Source: Candidatus Odinarchaeota archaeon (GTDB taxonomy: Archaea; Asgardarchaeota; Odinarchaeia; Odinarchaeales; Odinarchaeaceae). Taken from it: a stretch of 32,000 nt of DNA. The first letter of the stretch is position 1, and every line of letters starts with the position of its first letter. This document shows, in pieces, positions 18,688-27,530 of this stretch. The stretch spans positions 1 through 32,000 of the forward strand of contig JAWBON010000004.1 of NCBI GenBank assembly GCA_038826135.1, read 5' to 3'. The notes beneath the pieces are model-generated. The model saw only the letters and a program-made list of their open reading frames with translations. It had not been told where the DNA came from and ran no database searches. The position numbers and the translations under genes were made by a program.

Positions 18688-19173
18688 TCAGCCAGATTTG
18701 CCCCCGGATTTAAGGCCTTCTTCTAATAATTTTAGAATTTCACTCCACTTCCACTTACTTTTTTCGCTGAGCTCTATTTTCTGTCGCACACTCATTCTAA
18801 GAAATTTAGCTGTAAATAAGTCGAAGAACGTGTCAACCACGTTTTTAACAACTGGATCGGTCTTATCATAGTGTACGTAGTATACGTCAGGCTCAGGGTT
18901 TGAGAAGCCTATTTTCTCCCTGTCTATTTTAAACCAGTTTAAGACTGCTAAAAATTCTTTTAAATCTTTTTCCGATAATGTTAACTTTTCAGTTAATTTA
19001 GAGTTGACTGAGGTGAAAAGATTTTCTGGAAGGCTTTCAGGAATATTTATCAATGGCTTGTCAAGTTCTTTTAGAACCTCGTTTTTTGATAGATACTTAT
19101 CCTCTGTTTTACCTATTATAAGGTTTAAAACCTCTTTTTTAAGGCGTTTAAGGTTTTCACCGATCTTCTCCAT
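18688..19173 (-). CDS. Hypothetical protein
   Basis: 161 aa ORF, ATG after TAGGTGGTTAA, tightly spaced between pelG-like and coiled-coil genes. Confidence 0.75.
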   Translation of the reverse strand: MEKIGENLKRLKKEVLNLIIGKTEDKYLSKNEVLKELDKPLINIPESLPENLFTSVNSKLTEKLTLSEKDLKEFLAVLNWFKIDREKIGFSNPEPDVYYVHYDKTDPVVKNVVDTFFDLFTAKFLRMSVRQKIELSEKSKWKWSEILKLLEEGLKSGGKSG

Positions 19174-19181
19174 TTAACCAC

Positions 19182-20780
19182 CTAAAGCAGAGTTGAATAA
19201 GCCCTATACGGAAATTCCATTATATTCTTCCGTACTAGTTGTAATCCGATTACTGTGCCCAGCAGGAATGCTGCTATATAGCCGAATACAGCCAGATAAA
19301 CTGAACCGCTTATAATAGCTAGCAGCGGGCATAAAACAATATTAGCCATAAATGTTAGTAACATAAGCCAGACGTTTAAACTATGCTGTTCCAGATACAT
19401 TAAACCTAGGTAGCAGAGTATCGTAGCGGTATGGAATATAACCCCTACAGTAGCCATTCTGAAAACGAATAGCGCTGCGGGCATGGTTACGCCGAATATT
19501 GTTAATTTTGGAGTTAAAGGATCACTTAGATTCAGGAAAACGGATATAATATTCTCGCCGAAAATGTTTAGTATGATTGAGAAAACTAGTATAACTGACA
19601 TAGATGTTAGTACTAGTTTTCTGAAAAACTTGTAAAAACCTTTAAGGTTTTCTTCAAGTTTTGGAAGAGGATCCTTGTATGTTCCTGAAACAGCCTTCTG
19701 AAAATTCGGGGTGAAAAGCTCCATTAGAACGGCGATTAATCCCACTCCCGGTATTAGAATCCATTGAGCTATGTTTATACCTGTTTCGTAGAAGACGTTG
19801 AAAGCTATGAATAAACCGGATGTAGCTTGACCTGAAGAAAACCATATGAAAAATCTGTCAGCCCATAGAGTTGCGAAGTATAGAGTATTAGCTAAGAAAA
19901 GCGCTATAAAATTTTTTAGACTGCCAATTAAGCTAACCCCGCCCTGTCCACCGACTGTTTTAACCTCTGTTATGTCGTGTTCAATTTTTACCAGAAGTTG
20001 CCCGAATTCTTTAACAAGCTTCTGGTACTCTTCTAGGAATATCTCACCTTTTTCAAACCTGTTTCGTATATCCTCTAAGATCTTGAAAAGAGCAACTCTT
20101 CTAGCAGCTAATTCCGCGGCGACATTCTTACCGCTTTTTAAAATAATGTTGAGATATATGAATGTGCCAATAGATGCTGTGAAAAAGCCTAAGCTTTGAA
20201 AGGCTATAACCCCGCTCACACCGAATGTTAAAGCTCCTAAAACGGAGAGAGCGTAGCCTGCGATACTGCTTACTGCAAATATCGCTGTTAACTGGCCGAA
20301 CTTTCTTAAACCTATTATAGGGGCGACTGCAACCCATAGAAACGATAATGCTGAGAATTGAACTGCGAAAAGTAGACTGGTGAGTAAGCCGCCGGTTAAC
20401 ATGTTCTCTAAGCCGATAGCTATCGATGATGCGATTAAACAGAGAACCCCTGTTAACGCATATATTTTTAAAGTGAATCTTCCAGCGGTTTTATTATCAC
20501 CCACCGCGATCTTATCTAAAACTATTTTAGTCTCTAAAGCTTGGAATCCTGCTGTTAAAATCAGGCTAAGAGGGGTTGCTAAGCTTATTACAAGACCTAA
20601 AGTTGCTCTTTCAGCCGGCAGTAGAGCTGAAGCTATGTAGTAACCAACTATTGTAGAACATACTATTACGAGAAGCCATGGGCCGTTAGCAAGAATACTG
20701 TATGATAAAAACCTGCCTAAAAGCCTTATTTTAGTATCTTTTCTACGTTTAAGCTGTATTTTCTCAATACTGGTTTCCAT
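19182..20780 (-). CDS. pelG: PelG-like exopolysaccharide flippase/transporter
   Basis: About 12 TM helices; ANGPWLL, LWADRFFIWF and FYETGINIAQWILIPG resemble PelG motifs (SSGPW, WADKFxFWF, YD..FLAYLSIIPG); divergent from pelF; ATG at 20780 after AGGTGTCTTCA. Confidence 0.7.
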   Translation of the reverse strand: METSIEKIQLKRRKDTKIRLLGRFLSYSILANGPWLLVIVCSTIVGYYIASALLPAERATLGLVISLATPLSLILTAGFQALETKIVLDKIAVGDNKTAGRFTLKIYALTGVLCLIASSIAIGLENMLTGGLLTSLLFAVQFSALSFLWVAVAPIIGLRKFGQLTAIFAVSSIAGYALSVLGALTFGVSGVIAFQSLGFFTASIGTFIYLNIILKSGKNVAAELAARRVALFKILEDIRNRFEKGEIFLEEYQKLVKEFGQLLVKIEHDITEVKTVGGQGGVSLIGSLKNFIALFLANTLYFATLWADRFFIWFSSGQATSGLFIAFNVFYETGINIAQWILIPGVGLIAVLMELFTPNFQKAVSGTYKDPLPKLEENLKGFYKFFRKLVLTSMSVILVFSIILNIFGENIISVFLNLSDPLTPKLTIFGVTMPAALFVFRMATVGVIFHTATILCYLGLMYLEQHSLNVWLMLLTFMANIVLCPLLAIISGSVYLAVFGYIAAFLLGTVIGLQLVRKNIMEFPYRAYSTLL

Positions 20781-20902
20781 TGAAGACACCTATAATTTTT
20801 ATGAAGATTATAATAATATTTAATGATATAATTTTATATTTAAGAATATGACAATAAATATAATAAAGTTTTGCGAAAAATATAGTGCTCAGGTGAATTG
20901 AA

Positions 20903-22312
20903 TTGAAAAATCTCAGAGTTTGCCTAGTCACAGAGGGAACTTACCCTTACGTGGTTGGCGGTGTAAGTTCATGGGTTCACAGGTTAATTACACAGTTAAA
21001 GGATGTAACATTCGAAGTTCTCGCTATAGTTCCGGCAGGTGAATTAAAAGAGAAGTATTCTATTCCGCCGAACCTGAAAAATATTTACAGGATCCCGATA
21101 ATTGATGAAGAGAAATTCACTCAACCCAAGATTAAAACCGGAGAGTACTATGAGAAATATATCCGAACAGTTAAATGGCTCCACCAGTATCTTGGTGAAG
21201 ATGACTTCAATAACGCTTCAGAATACTTGGTGAAGCTGCACTCACAGCTTGAAAACGAGAGACCACGGTTTTGGGCTAGTAAACCAGGATGGGAATACTT
21301 GAAGAAGCAATACTCTAACCTTAAAGAAGCCCCTTCAATGATCGAATGGATACTTGCGTGGAAGGATACCCATATACCTTTATTGAATCTAACAGCCAGT
21401 CTTATACCTGAAGCTGATATTTACCACGCTACTAACAGCGGGTTCGCCGGGTTTTTAGCTATTATAGGAGCTATGAAACATAATAAGCCGTCCATAATAA
21501 CAGATCACGGGATATTCTTAAGGGAAAGACTTATGGAGTTGAGCAAAGCTAAAATAAAAGGTTTAGCTGAAGAAATGTGGCTGGATGTTTTAACCGGTCT
21601 TAGTAGACTAATATACACTAACGCAACCCTGGTAACATCTGTATGTAATTATAATGTTAACTGGGTTACTGAGAAGCTGAGAATACCACGCGATAAATTC
21701 AAGGTAATATATAATGGAGTTGATCCTGAACGGCTAAAACCTGTAGAAACACCTAAACCACCTTATAGAGTGGTTGGAAGCATAAGCCGCGTCCACCCGA
21801 TTAAAGATATAAAAACGTTCATAAAAGCAGCGGACATAGTTTTGAAAAAGGAAGGTAATGTAAAATTCTTCGTAGTAGGACCTGTAGACGATCAGAAATA
21901 TTATAAAGAATGCTTAAATCTCATCAAGAAATTAGGTATAAGCGAAAACTTCATTTTCACAGGCTCGAGAGGAGAGGACATATTATACTGGTATAATCTC
22001 TTCGACATATTTGTTTTATCAAGCATTTCCGAGGGGTTCCCGATGTCAACGATTGAGGCGATGGCCTGCGGCACACCGGTTATAGTAACAGATGTCGGTG
22101 GAGCTGCAGAGCCTGTTGAAGACTGCGGTTACGTTATACCTTCCGGAGACGCGGAGCAGCTTGCACAGCGAATACTTGAAATACTTCAAAGCAAAGAGGT
22201 AGCGGAAAAATTCTCTGAAAACGCCCGGCGAAAAGTAGTAGAGAAATTCTCATTATCAAAAATCATGAGCGAATACGAGAAGGTCTACCAGGAGTTAGCG
22301 GTTAAAAAATAG
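20903..22312 (+). CDS. pelF: PelF-like GT4 glycosyltransferase
   Basis: VTEGTYPYVVGGVSSWV, DIYHATNSGFAG, TDHGIFLRER, SRVHPIKDIKTFI, SISEGFPMSTIEAMACG (EX7E). Confidence 0.85.
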   Translation: MKNLRVCLVTEGTYPYVVGGVSSWVHRLITQLKDVTFEVLAIVPAGELKEKYSIPPNLKNIYRIPIIDEEKFTQPKIKTGEYYEKYIRTVKWLHQYLGEDDFNNASEYLVKLHSQLENERPRFWASKPGWEYLKKQYSNLKEAPSMIEWILAWKDTHIPLLNLTASLIPEADIYHATNSGFAGFLAIIGAMKHNKPSIITDHGIFLRERLMELSKAKIKGLAEEMWLDVLTGLSRLIYTNATLVTSVCNYNVNWVTEKLRIPRDKFKVIYNGVDPERLKPVETPKPPYRVVGSISRVHPIKDIKTFIKAADIVLKKEGNVKFFVVGPVDDQKYYKECLNLIKKLGISENFIFTGSRGEDILYWYNLFDIFVLSSISEGFPMSTIEAMACGTPVIVTDVGGAAEPVEDCGYVIPSGDAEQLAQRILEILQSKEVAEKFSENARRKVVEKFSLSKIMSEYEKVYQELAVKK

Positions 22313-22322
22313 TATAGGGGGC

Positions 22323-23018
22323 TTATACCGCAACCCCCTCGTCAGGCTTAAACATTGGTTCAAGAGCACTAGGCGCTTTCTCTGGTTTCTTCTCCTCGCT
22401 TTTAGCAGCCTTCTCTTTTTTAGGTAGAATATAGCCGCCGATCTTCCCCCCTATAGCTCCGAAAACTATTGCTAGAACAACGTTTACTACAAGTGCCATT
22501 AATAACGGCTGAATAAAAGTGCCTATTAAAGTTGATATGTCAAAGCCACCGCCCATACCTGATAATACAAAAGTGATTATTGAGTCGACTAGGCCGCCTA
22601 TAACGGGAGCGCTTAAAATTTTAATAATATCAACCCCTAACGGGGGGCTTGTTATAAGAGACATTAACTGGGCTTGAGCGGTTGGATTAGTCATAACCGT
22701 GAAAAAGCTTAGAACTCCGAAACCGACCATTAATATGAATCCGAAGAACAGTGTTGAAATAGCTACAGCGATACCGCCTTTAGCGCTACCGGCTATTAAA
22801 CCACCTACTAAAGCAGCTCCTATCAATATAGAAATATGAAGAAGATCATCATAGGGGCCTATTAAAGCGTAAAACCCTGTTAAAATAACAGTTAGATTTA
22901 ATCCGAAAACTGGCTCAAACCAGGTTATCAACATAGAATAGCCTTCAGGTAGGAACAATAATGTTAAACCGAATATCATCGCTAAAGCTACGATCCAGCC
23001 TAATAGTTTACTACCCGT
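22323..23018 (-). CDS. Multi-pass membrane protein with charged C-terminal tail (start uncertain: ACG 23018 or ATG 22979)
   Basis: About five hydrophobic segments; frame open upstream of the track ATG with GSKLLGWIVALA; GGAGGTG lies 5 nt before ACG. Confidence 0.7.
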   Translation of the reverse strand, partial: TGSKLLGWIVALAMIFGLTLLFLPEGYSMLITWFEPVFGLNLTVILTGFYALIGPYDDLLHISILIGAALVGGLIAGSAKGGIAVAISTLFFGFILMVGFGVLSFFTVMTNPTAQAQLMSLITSPPLGVDIIKILSAPVIGGLVDSIITFVLSGMGGGFDISTLIGTFIQPLLMALVVNVVLAIVFGAIGGKIGGYILPKKEKAAKSEEKKPEKAPSALEPMFKPDEGVAV

Positions 23019-23154
23019 GGTAACACCTCCAATATATTGGATATTAAAAGATTTTTAAATAGATATATTATCAATTTAATACGCTTCGTATAAATATAAT
23101 GATATCGCTAAACTACACTAAAAAGAAAAATATAAAACAGTTTATTTATTAATA

Positions 23155-24673
23155 CTAAGCCATAAGTTTGTTAATAGCTTCAATTATAGCTTCAACACCG
23201 GCAATCACTATATCTTCACTAGAACCTCTGGAGGTAAAAACCCTCTTATTTTCATCCTCGATTGTGACAACAGTCTCAGCGACGGCTTGAGTTCCCCCTG
23301 TTATCGCTTCTAATCTAAACTCTTTAAGTTTGAACGGCGCAACCTCCTCGCTTGCGTTTCTTATAGCGTTTATAGCAGCATCTATAGGACCCACACCGTT
23401 AGCTGCAACTATAACAGGTTTACCCCCTATGTGAAGTTTAACAGTGGCGGTGGGGTTTATCCTATTACCTGTAACCACTAGAATATCTTCAAGCTTAATC
23501 CTTTTCATATCCGGTGGCAGACTTTGAATAACCGCCCTAGCGATCGAACTTATATCCGCATCTGTAACCGTGATCCCCTTATCACCTAGTGATTTTATCT
23601 TTTCAACTATTATTTTTAACTGTTCAGGCGTGTATTTGAAACCTAAATTATCCAGGATTTTACCAACACCGTGACCTCCACTCTGCTTCCCTGCAACTAT
23701 CCTGCTTTTAGCCCCTATCTCCTCAGGCGATATGGGTTCATACGTCATAGGTGATTCTATAACACCGTGAGCGTGAATCCCACTTTCATGTGAAAAAGCA
23801 TTCTGGCCAACTACCGCCTTATTCGGAGCCAAAGGAATTCCTGTAATTCGCATTATTCTCTGGGAGGTTTCATAAATCTTCGAGTAATCTAGGTTAAGTT
23901 TAACCCCATACATGTATTTTAACGCTACAGCTACTTCTTCAAGAGAGGCGTTACCGGCTCTTTCTCCAAGACCGTTAACACAGCAGTGAGGTTGAACAAC
24001 CCCCTCCTCTATTCCAGCTAAAGTATTAGCCACCGCCAAGCCCATATCATTATGGCAATGTACAGAGATATTAGCTCTTGTAATGCTTTTAACTTCGCGC
24101 ACTATTTTTTTCATAGCTATCGGGATAGCTACACCTACAGTATCAGGTATATCAAGGTATGCGGCGCCGGCTTCGGAGACCTTTCTAAAAACCTCTTTTA
24201 AAAAGTCAAGTCTAGTTCTTGTAGCATCTTCAGCTGAGAATTCAACTTCTATTCCATGATCTCTGATATATTCAACAGCCCAGACCGCTCTCTCCACAAC
24301 CTGTTGGGGATCCATGTGCAGCTTATATTTCATGTGAATTTCGCTGGTAGCTATAAAAGTATGAATCCTAGATACACTGCAATCTATGGCTTTATCAATA
24401 TCCTCTTTCTTAGTTCTAGCTAAAGCGCATATTTTCGCTTTAAGCCCCTCATTAGCTATCTGCCTGACTGCTTTAGCCTCACCCTCACTTGCAATCGGAA
24501 AACCCGCTTCTATAACATCAACCCGTAGTTCATCTAGTAAATGAGCTATCTCTACTTTATCATCACTTGTTAAAGCAACACCAGGAGTTTGCTCACCATC
24601 CCTAAGTGTTGTGTCAAAAACATATATTTTTTCAGGTAAACTATCAAAGGAGAAAAATATTCCTCCACGCCAA
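23155..24673 (-). CDS. leuA: 2-isopropylmalate synthase; N-terminus requires a +1 frame change or correction near 24644-24655
   Basis: The frame of the track ORF continues upstream without a start codon through FDTTLRDGEQTPGV, IEAGFP, IHTFIATS; then EFSAEDATRT, HCHNDMG, NGLGERAGN and the C-terminal regulatory domain. GFP and HTFIATS favour LeuA over CimA. Confidence 0.9.
24644..24673 (-). promoter_or_regulatory. 9-codon ORF MAWRNIFLL* overlapping the leuA frame; candidate +1 frameshift cassette
   Basis: AGGTGTGGAAA TTG GCG TGG AGG AAT ATT TTT CTC CTT TGA; +1 frame reads TTC TCC TTT GAT AGT TTA CCT GAA. Confidence 0.5.
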
Positions 24674-24743
24674 TTTCCACACCTACCAGTATTATATCTT
24701 TAAAAACGGTGTCTAAAACAGTATATTAACCTTATTCCGGTGT

Positions 24744-25115
24744 TTAATTTAATCGTATAAGATGCGAGCCGCATTTACTCTCACAATCTGAGGAGCCGAA
24801 TCCTGGAATAAAAACCCCTAGCCCAGCTATTTTTTTAATAAAATCGCATTCACTCAGACATTGGCCTTCAATAATGCATAAACCTTTAATTTTAACATGA
24901 CTCGATGAGAGCAAATAGTCTATATGCCAGCGTGTTTTTTTACAGGCCCGTAAATGTCGTAAAACCCTATTCACCAGCTCAGAACCCCCTCTCTTACCTT
25001 TACCGGAGCCTACGTAAACGTATAATCCTTTTTTGAAATCCACTAAGCCGAGAGAACCTGTTTTAAGTTTGAACCCCTTACTAACACTTATTAAAAGATA
25101 ATATATCCCTTTCAA
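24744..25115 (-). CDS. GIY-YIG (DUF123/Uri-type) nuclease-family protein
   Basis: KGIYYL...GLYVYVGS...RVLRH...KKTRWHIDYLL...EC...GFGSSDC..C.SHL. Confidence 0.85.
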   Translation of the reverse strand: MKGIYYLLISVSKGFKLKTGSLGLVDFKKGLYVYVGSGKGKRGGSELVNRVLRHLRACKKTRWHIDYLLSSSHVKIKGLCIIEGQCLSECDFIKKIAGLGVFIPGFGSSDCESKCGSHLIRLN

Positions 25116-25339
25116 CCTTTAACCTCTTACAGCTTTATTCATATAGGAGGCACTCCACAACGCTTATAATAAATAAAGTAGAGATTTCACGTCAAACTCT
25201 ATTATCTATTATAATATTTAAAAAATTATTTTGAAGCTTAGTAGGCTGCTTTAAAGTAAAAGGTTAGTATATAAACAGCCTGGTTGAAGTTAAAATAGTT
25301 TAAGTGAACAGTTTATATTTGGAATAGTGGATTACCTTT

Positions 25340-26287
25340 ATGAACGGGGGGTTCGGAATAATTCATAACATATACATCTTAGACACTAACGGTATTCCCA
25401 TCTTCACCCGTATTTACGGTGAGATAAAGGTGGATCCGACTTTAATCTCAGGGTACATCAGCGCGCAGAGCTCGTTCTTTAAAGAGATTACAGGCCAGGA
25501 CCTAGAAATGTTCGCAACTAAAGATTATAATTTCTGGCTTAGAAGAGTCGGCAGATTTCTCATAGTAATCGTCACTAGTAAAGACGTTGACCCGAAAATC
25601 ATGAAGTGGAAACTATCTCAGATTCAACTAGCATTTATTATGAACCTTGAAAAAGATTCTTTAAAAACGATGATCGATTCAGTCACATTTAACTCCCTTA
25701 ATTTTATTTTAGATAACACCAGGTCTGATGATTTAACCACTATAATTAAACATTTAATCTTAGGAATCACTATTATAATAGTGGGACAGAATAGGGAGAG
25801 CGTTGCTAAATATATTTACACATTATTAACTGTCTCACCTGTTTATAAGGAAACATACTTTTACGAGGATAGAAATGTTTTTTCAGATGGGGCTATAATA
25901 GGATCGATTAAAACAGATATAAACAGTATTTTAAGCGATAAAAGTTTCCTTTACTATGAATTTGAAACCAGCATTATTAAACTTAACAATTTAACCTTTG
26001 ATTTAAATAAAAAAGCTTTAAGCGATTTCATAAGCGACTTGATCTCAAAGTGCAGAAGTATGAGTGAGATAACAGGCATAGATTTTATCAGAAATAATCT
26101 GAGGAGAATACTGAGAGGAAAGACCGCTATTAAAGAGATAATTATTAAGAAGGGAAAACTAAGATTTGAAGACATAATAAACAGTTTAAAGATAAGTGAA
26201 GATGATTTTCCAGCAATTTTAGAGCTGTTGCAAGATGATTTAAAAAACATTATAATTGAAGATGACTCTATTTATTATCAAGGGTGA
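25340..26287 (+). CDS. Longin + DENN-like + C-terminal winged-helix protein
   Basis: IHNIYILDTNGIPIFTRIY...DPTLISGYISAQSSFFKEI is a longin pattern; TIIKHLILGITIIIVGQNRESVAKYIYTL resembles the cDENN core; the last ~50 aa look like a wHTH. Confidence 0.65.
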   Translation: MNGGFGIIHNIYILDTNGIPIFTRIYGEIKVDPTLISGYISAQSSFFKEITGQDLEMFATKDYNFWLRRVGRFLIVIVTSKDVDPKIMKWKLSQIQLAFIMNLEKDSLKTMIDSVTFNSLNFILDNTRSDDLTTIIKHLILGITIIIVGQNRESVAKYIYTLLTVSPVYKETYFYEDRNVFSDGAIIGSIKTDINSILSDKSFLYYEFETSIIKLNNLTFDLNKKALSDFISDLISKCRSMSEITGIDFIRNNLRRILRGKTAIKEIIIKKGKLRFEDIINSLKISEDDFPAILELLQDDLKNIIIEDDSIYYQG

Positions 26288-26306
26288 AATACTGGTTGGT
26301 AAAGAT

Positions 26307-27080
26307 ATGATGGAATTTCAAATAAAACAGTTTTTAAAAATCAACCCGGAGTGTTTGAATGAGCCTATAGCCATAGTTGGTATGCCAGGTATAGCTAACG
26401 TTGGCAAAAATGTTGTAATGACATGTGTTGAAAGCTTAAAAGCGGATAAAGCTCTAGAGATATTCTTTCAAGATTTTCCAGCTCAAGTATTAGTGGACAG
26501 TAACGCTGTATTAAATATTCCTTCAGCAACGATATACCACTCTAAGAATACGGTTGGAGCTCAGGATATATTCTTTTTAACAGGTGATTTCCAGCCTTCA
26601 ACACCTAAAGGAATATACGAGCTCTCTGAGAGAGCGGCTCAGATATTCTCTAATTTTAAAACTAAACTAATCATCTCCACAGGCGCCTTTATGACCAACA
26701 CTCAAGTTCTCAGCCCGAAAGTTCATGTATCCGCAACATCCCCGGAAATATTGCACTTATTCATCTCATATAGGGATGCTGTTATCATGGATTACGGGAC
26801 AATCAGCGGAGCTAACGGTTTAATACCTGTAATAGCTAATAAAAAATTTGGGATAGACGGAGCATGCCTGCTAGCTGATACGAATCCTATGGTTATGATA
26901 GATCCTCTAGCTTCAAAGACAATCATCAACTTACTAAACCAGGTTTTTAACTTAAACGTTGATGTAACCAGCTTACTAGCTCAGATAAGGAACATGGAGG
27001 AATTATTAGAAGAAATAAAAACACAGTTTATGAGCAGGAAACCGTCAGAGGATTTAAAGCGGCAATCATATATAAGTTAA
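26307..27080 (+). CDS. PAC2-family proteasome assembly chaperone-like protein
   Basis: IVGMPGIANVGK, FPAQV, LTGDFQP, IISTGA, GANGLI, CLLADT, DPLASK; ATG at 26307 preferred. Confidence 0.88.
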   Translation: MMEFQIKQFLKINPECLNEPIAIVGMPGIANVGKNVVMTCVESLKADKALEIFFQDFPAQVLVDSNAVLNIPSATIYHSKNTVGAQDIFFLTGDFQPSTPKGIYELSERAAQIFSNFKTKLIISTGAFMTNTQVLSPKVHVSATSPEILHLFISYRDAVIMDYGTISGANGLIPVIANKKFGIDGACLLADTNPMVMIDPLASKTIINLLNQVFNLNVDVTSLLAQIRNMEELLEEIKTQFMSRKPSEDLKRQSYIS

Positions 27081-27108
27081 ATCAATTATTTATCTTGGTA
27101 GTGTTTAA

Positions 27109-27474
27109 ATGAGTATTAGAATAATAGCTGAAAAACTGATTAAGTTATATGAGAAGTTTAAAGACCAGGGTAAACAAGATTTTATGTTGAAAAGTTTAGG
27201 AGGCATTACGGTTCGGGTGTTTGCCAGCGACACCGGTGAGTGTTTTAATATAGTTATAGGTGATGGTGTTCACATTGAAGACTGCTCGCAGAAAAAGCCT
27301 AATATTACTATAGAGGGGTGCAGCGGGGTGTTAAAAGAGGTTTTGGAGAGTAAGAGTCAGGCTTTCTATGATAAGGCTCAAACGGAGGGTAGGATTAAAT
27401 TAAGGACCTGTAATATTCGTGGTAGATTGTTTTATTCACGTTTTAAGAAGTGGCTAAATTTCAACATTATGTAG
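27109..27474 (+). CDS. SCP2 sterol-carrier-like domain protein
   Basis: 121 aa with SCP2-like layout: TVRVFASDTGECFNIVIGDGVHIE...KPNITIEG...VLE...GRIKL. Confidence 0.6.
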   Translation: MSIRIIAEKLIKLYEKFKDQGKQDFMLKSLGGITVRVFASDTGECFNIVIGDGVHIEDCSQKKPNITIEGCSGVLKEVLESKSQAFYDKAQTEGRIKLRTCNIRGRLFYSRFKKWLNFNIM

Positions 27475-27530
27475 TAGCATGACAAAATTAATAAGCTAGT
27501 ATATCTACAATATTACGAGCGTGTTTCAGT

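Noticed and set aside
24564-24681. Third-frame GTG ORF over the leuA 5' end, entering leuA by a -1 shift
   Set aside because: No canonical X XXY YYZ slippery site, and the GTG overlaps the ribosome-binding motif; the TTG/+1 route is more parsimonious.
24744-25115. GIY-YIG gene as a homing endonuclease or mobile element
   Set aside because: Short stand-alone DUF123 type common in archaea; no intron, intein, terminal repeats or target duplication nearby.
26256-26306. Apparent 32-nt overlap between DENN-like and PAC2 genes
   Set aside because: Artefact of longest-ORF calling; ATG 26307 gives a normal PAC2 N-terminus.
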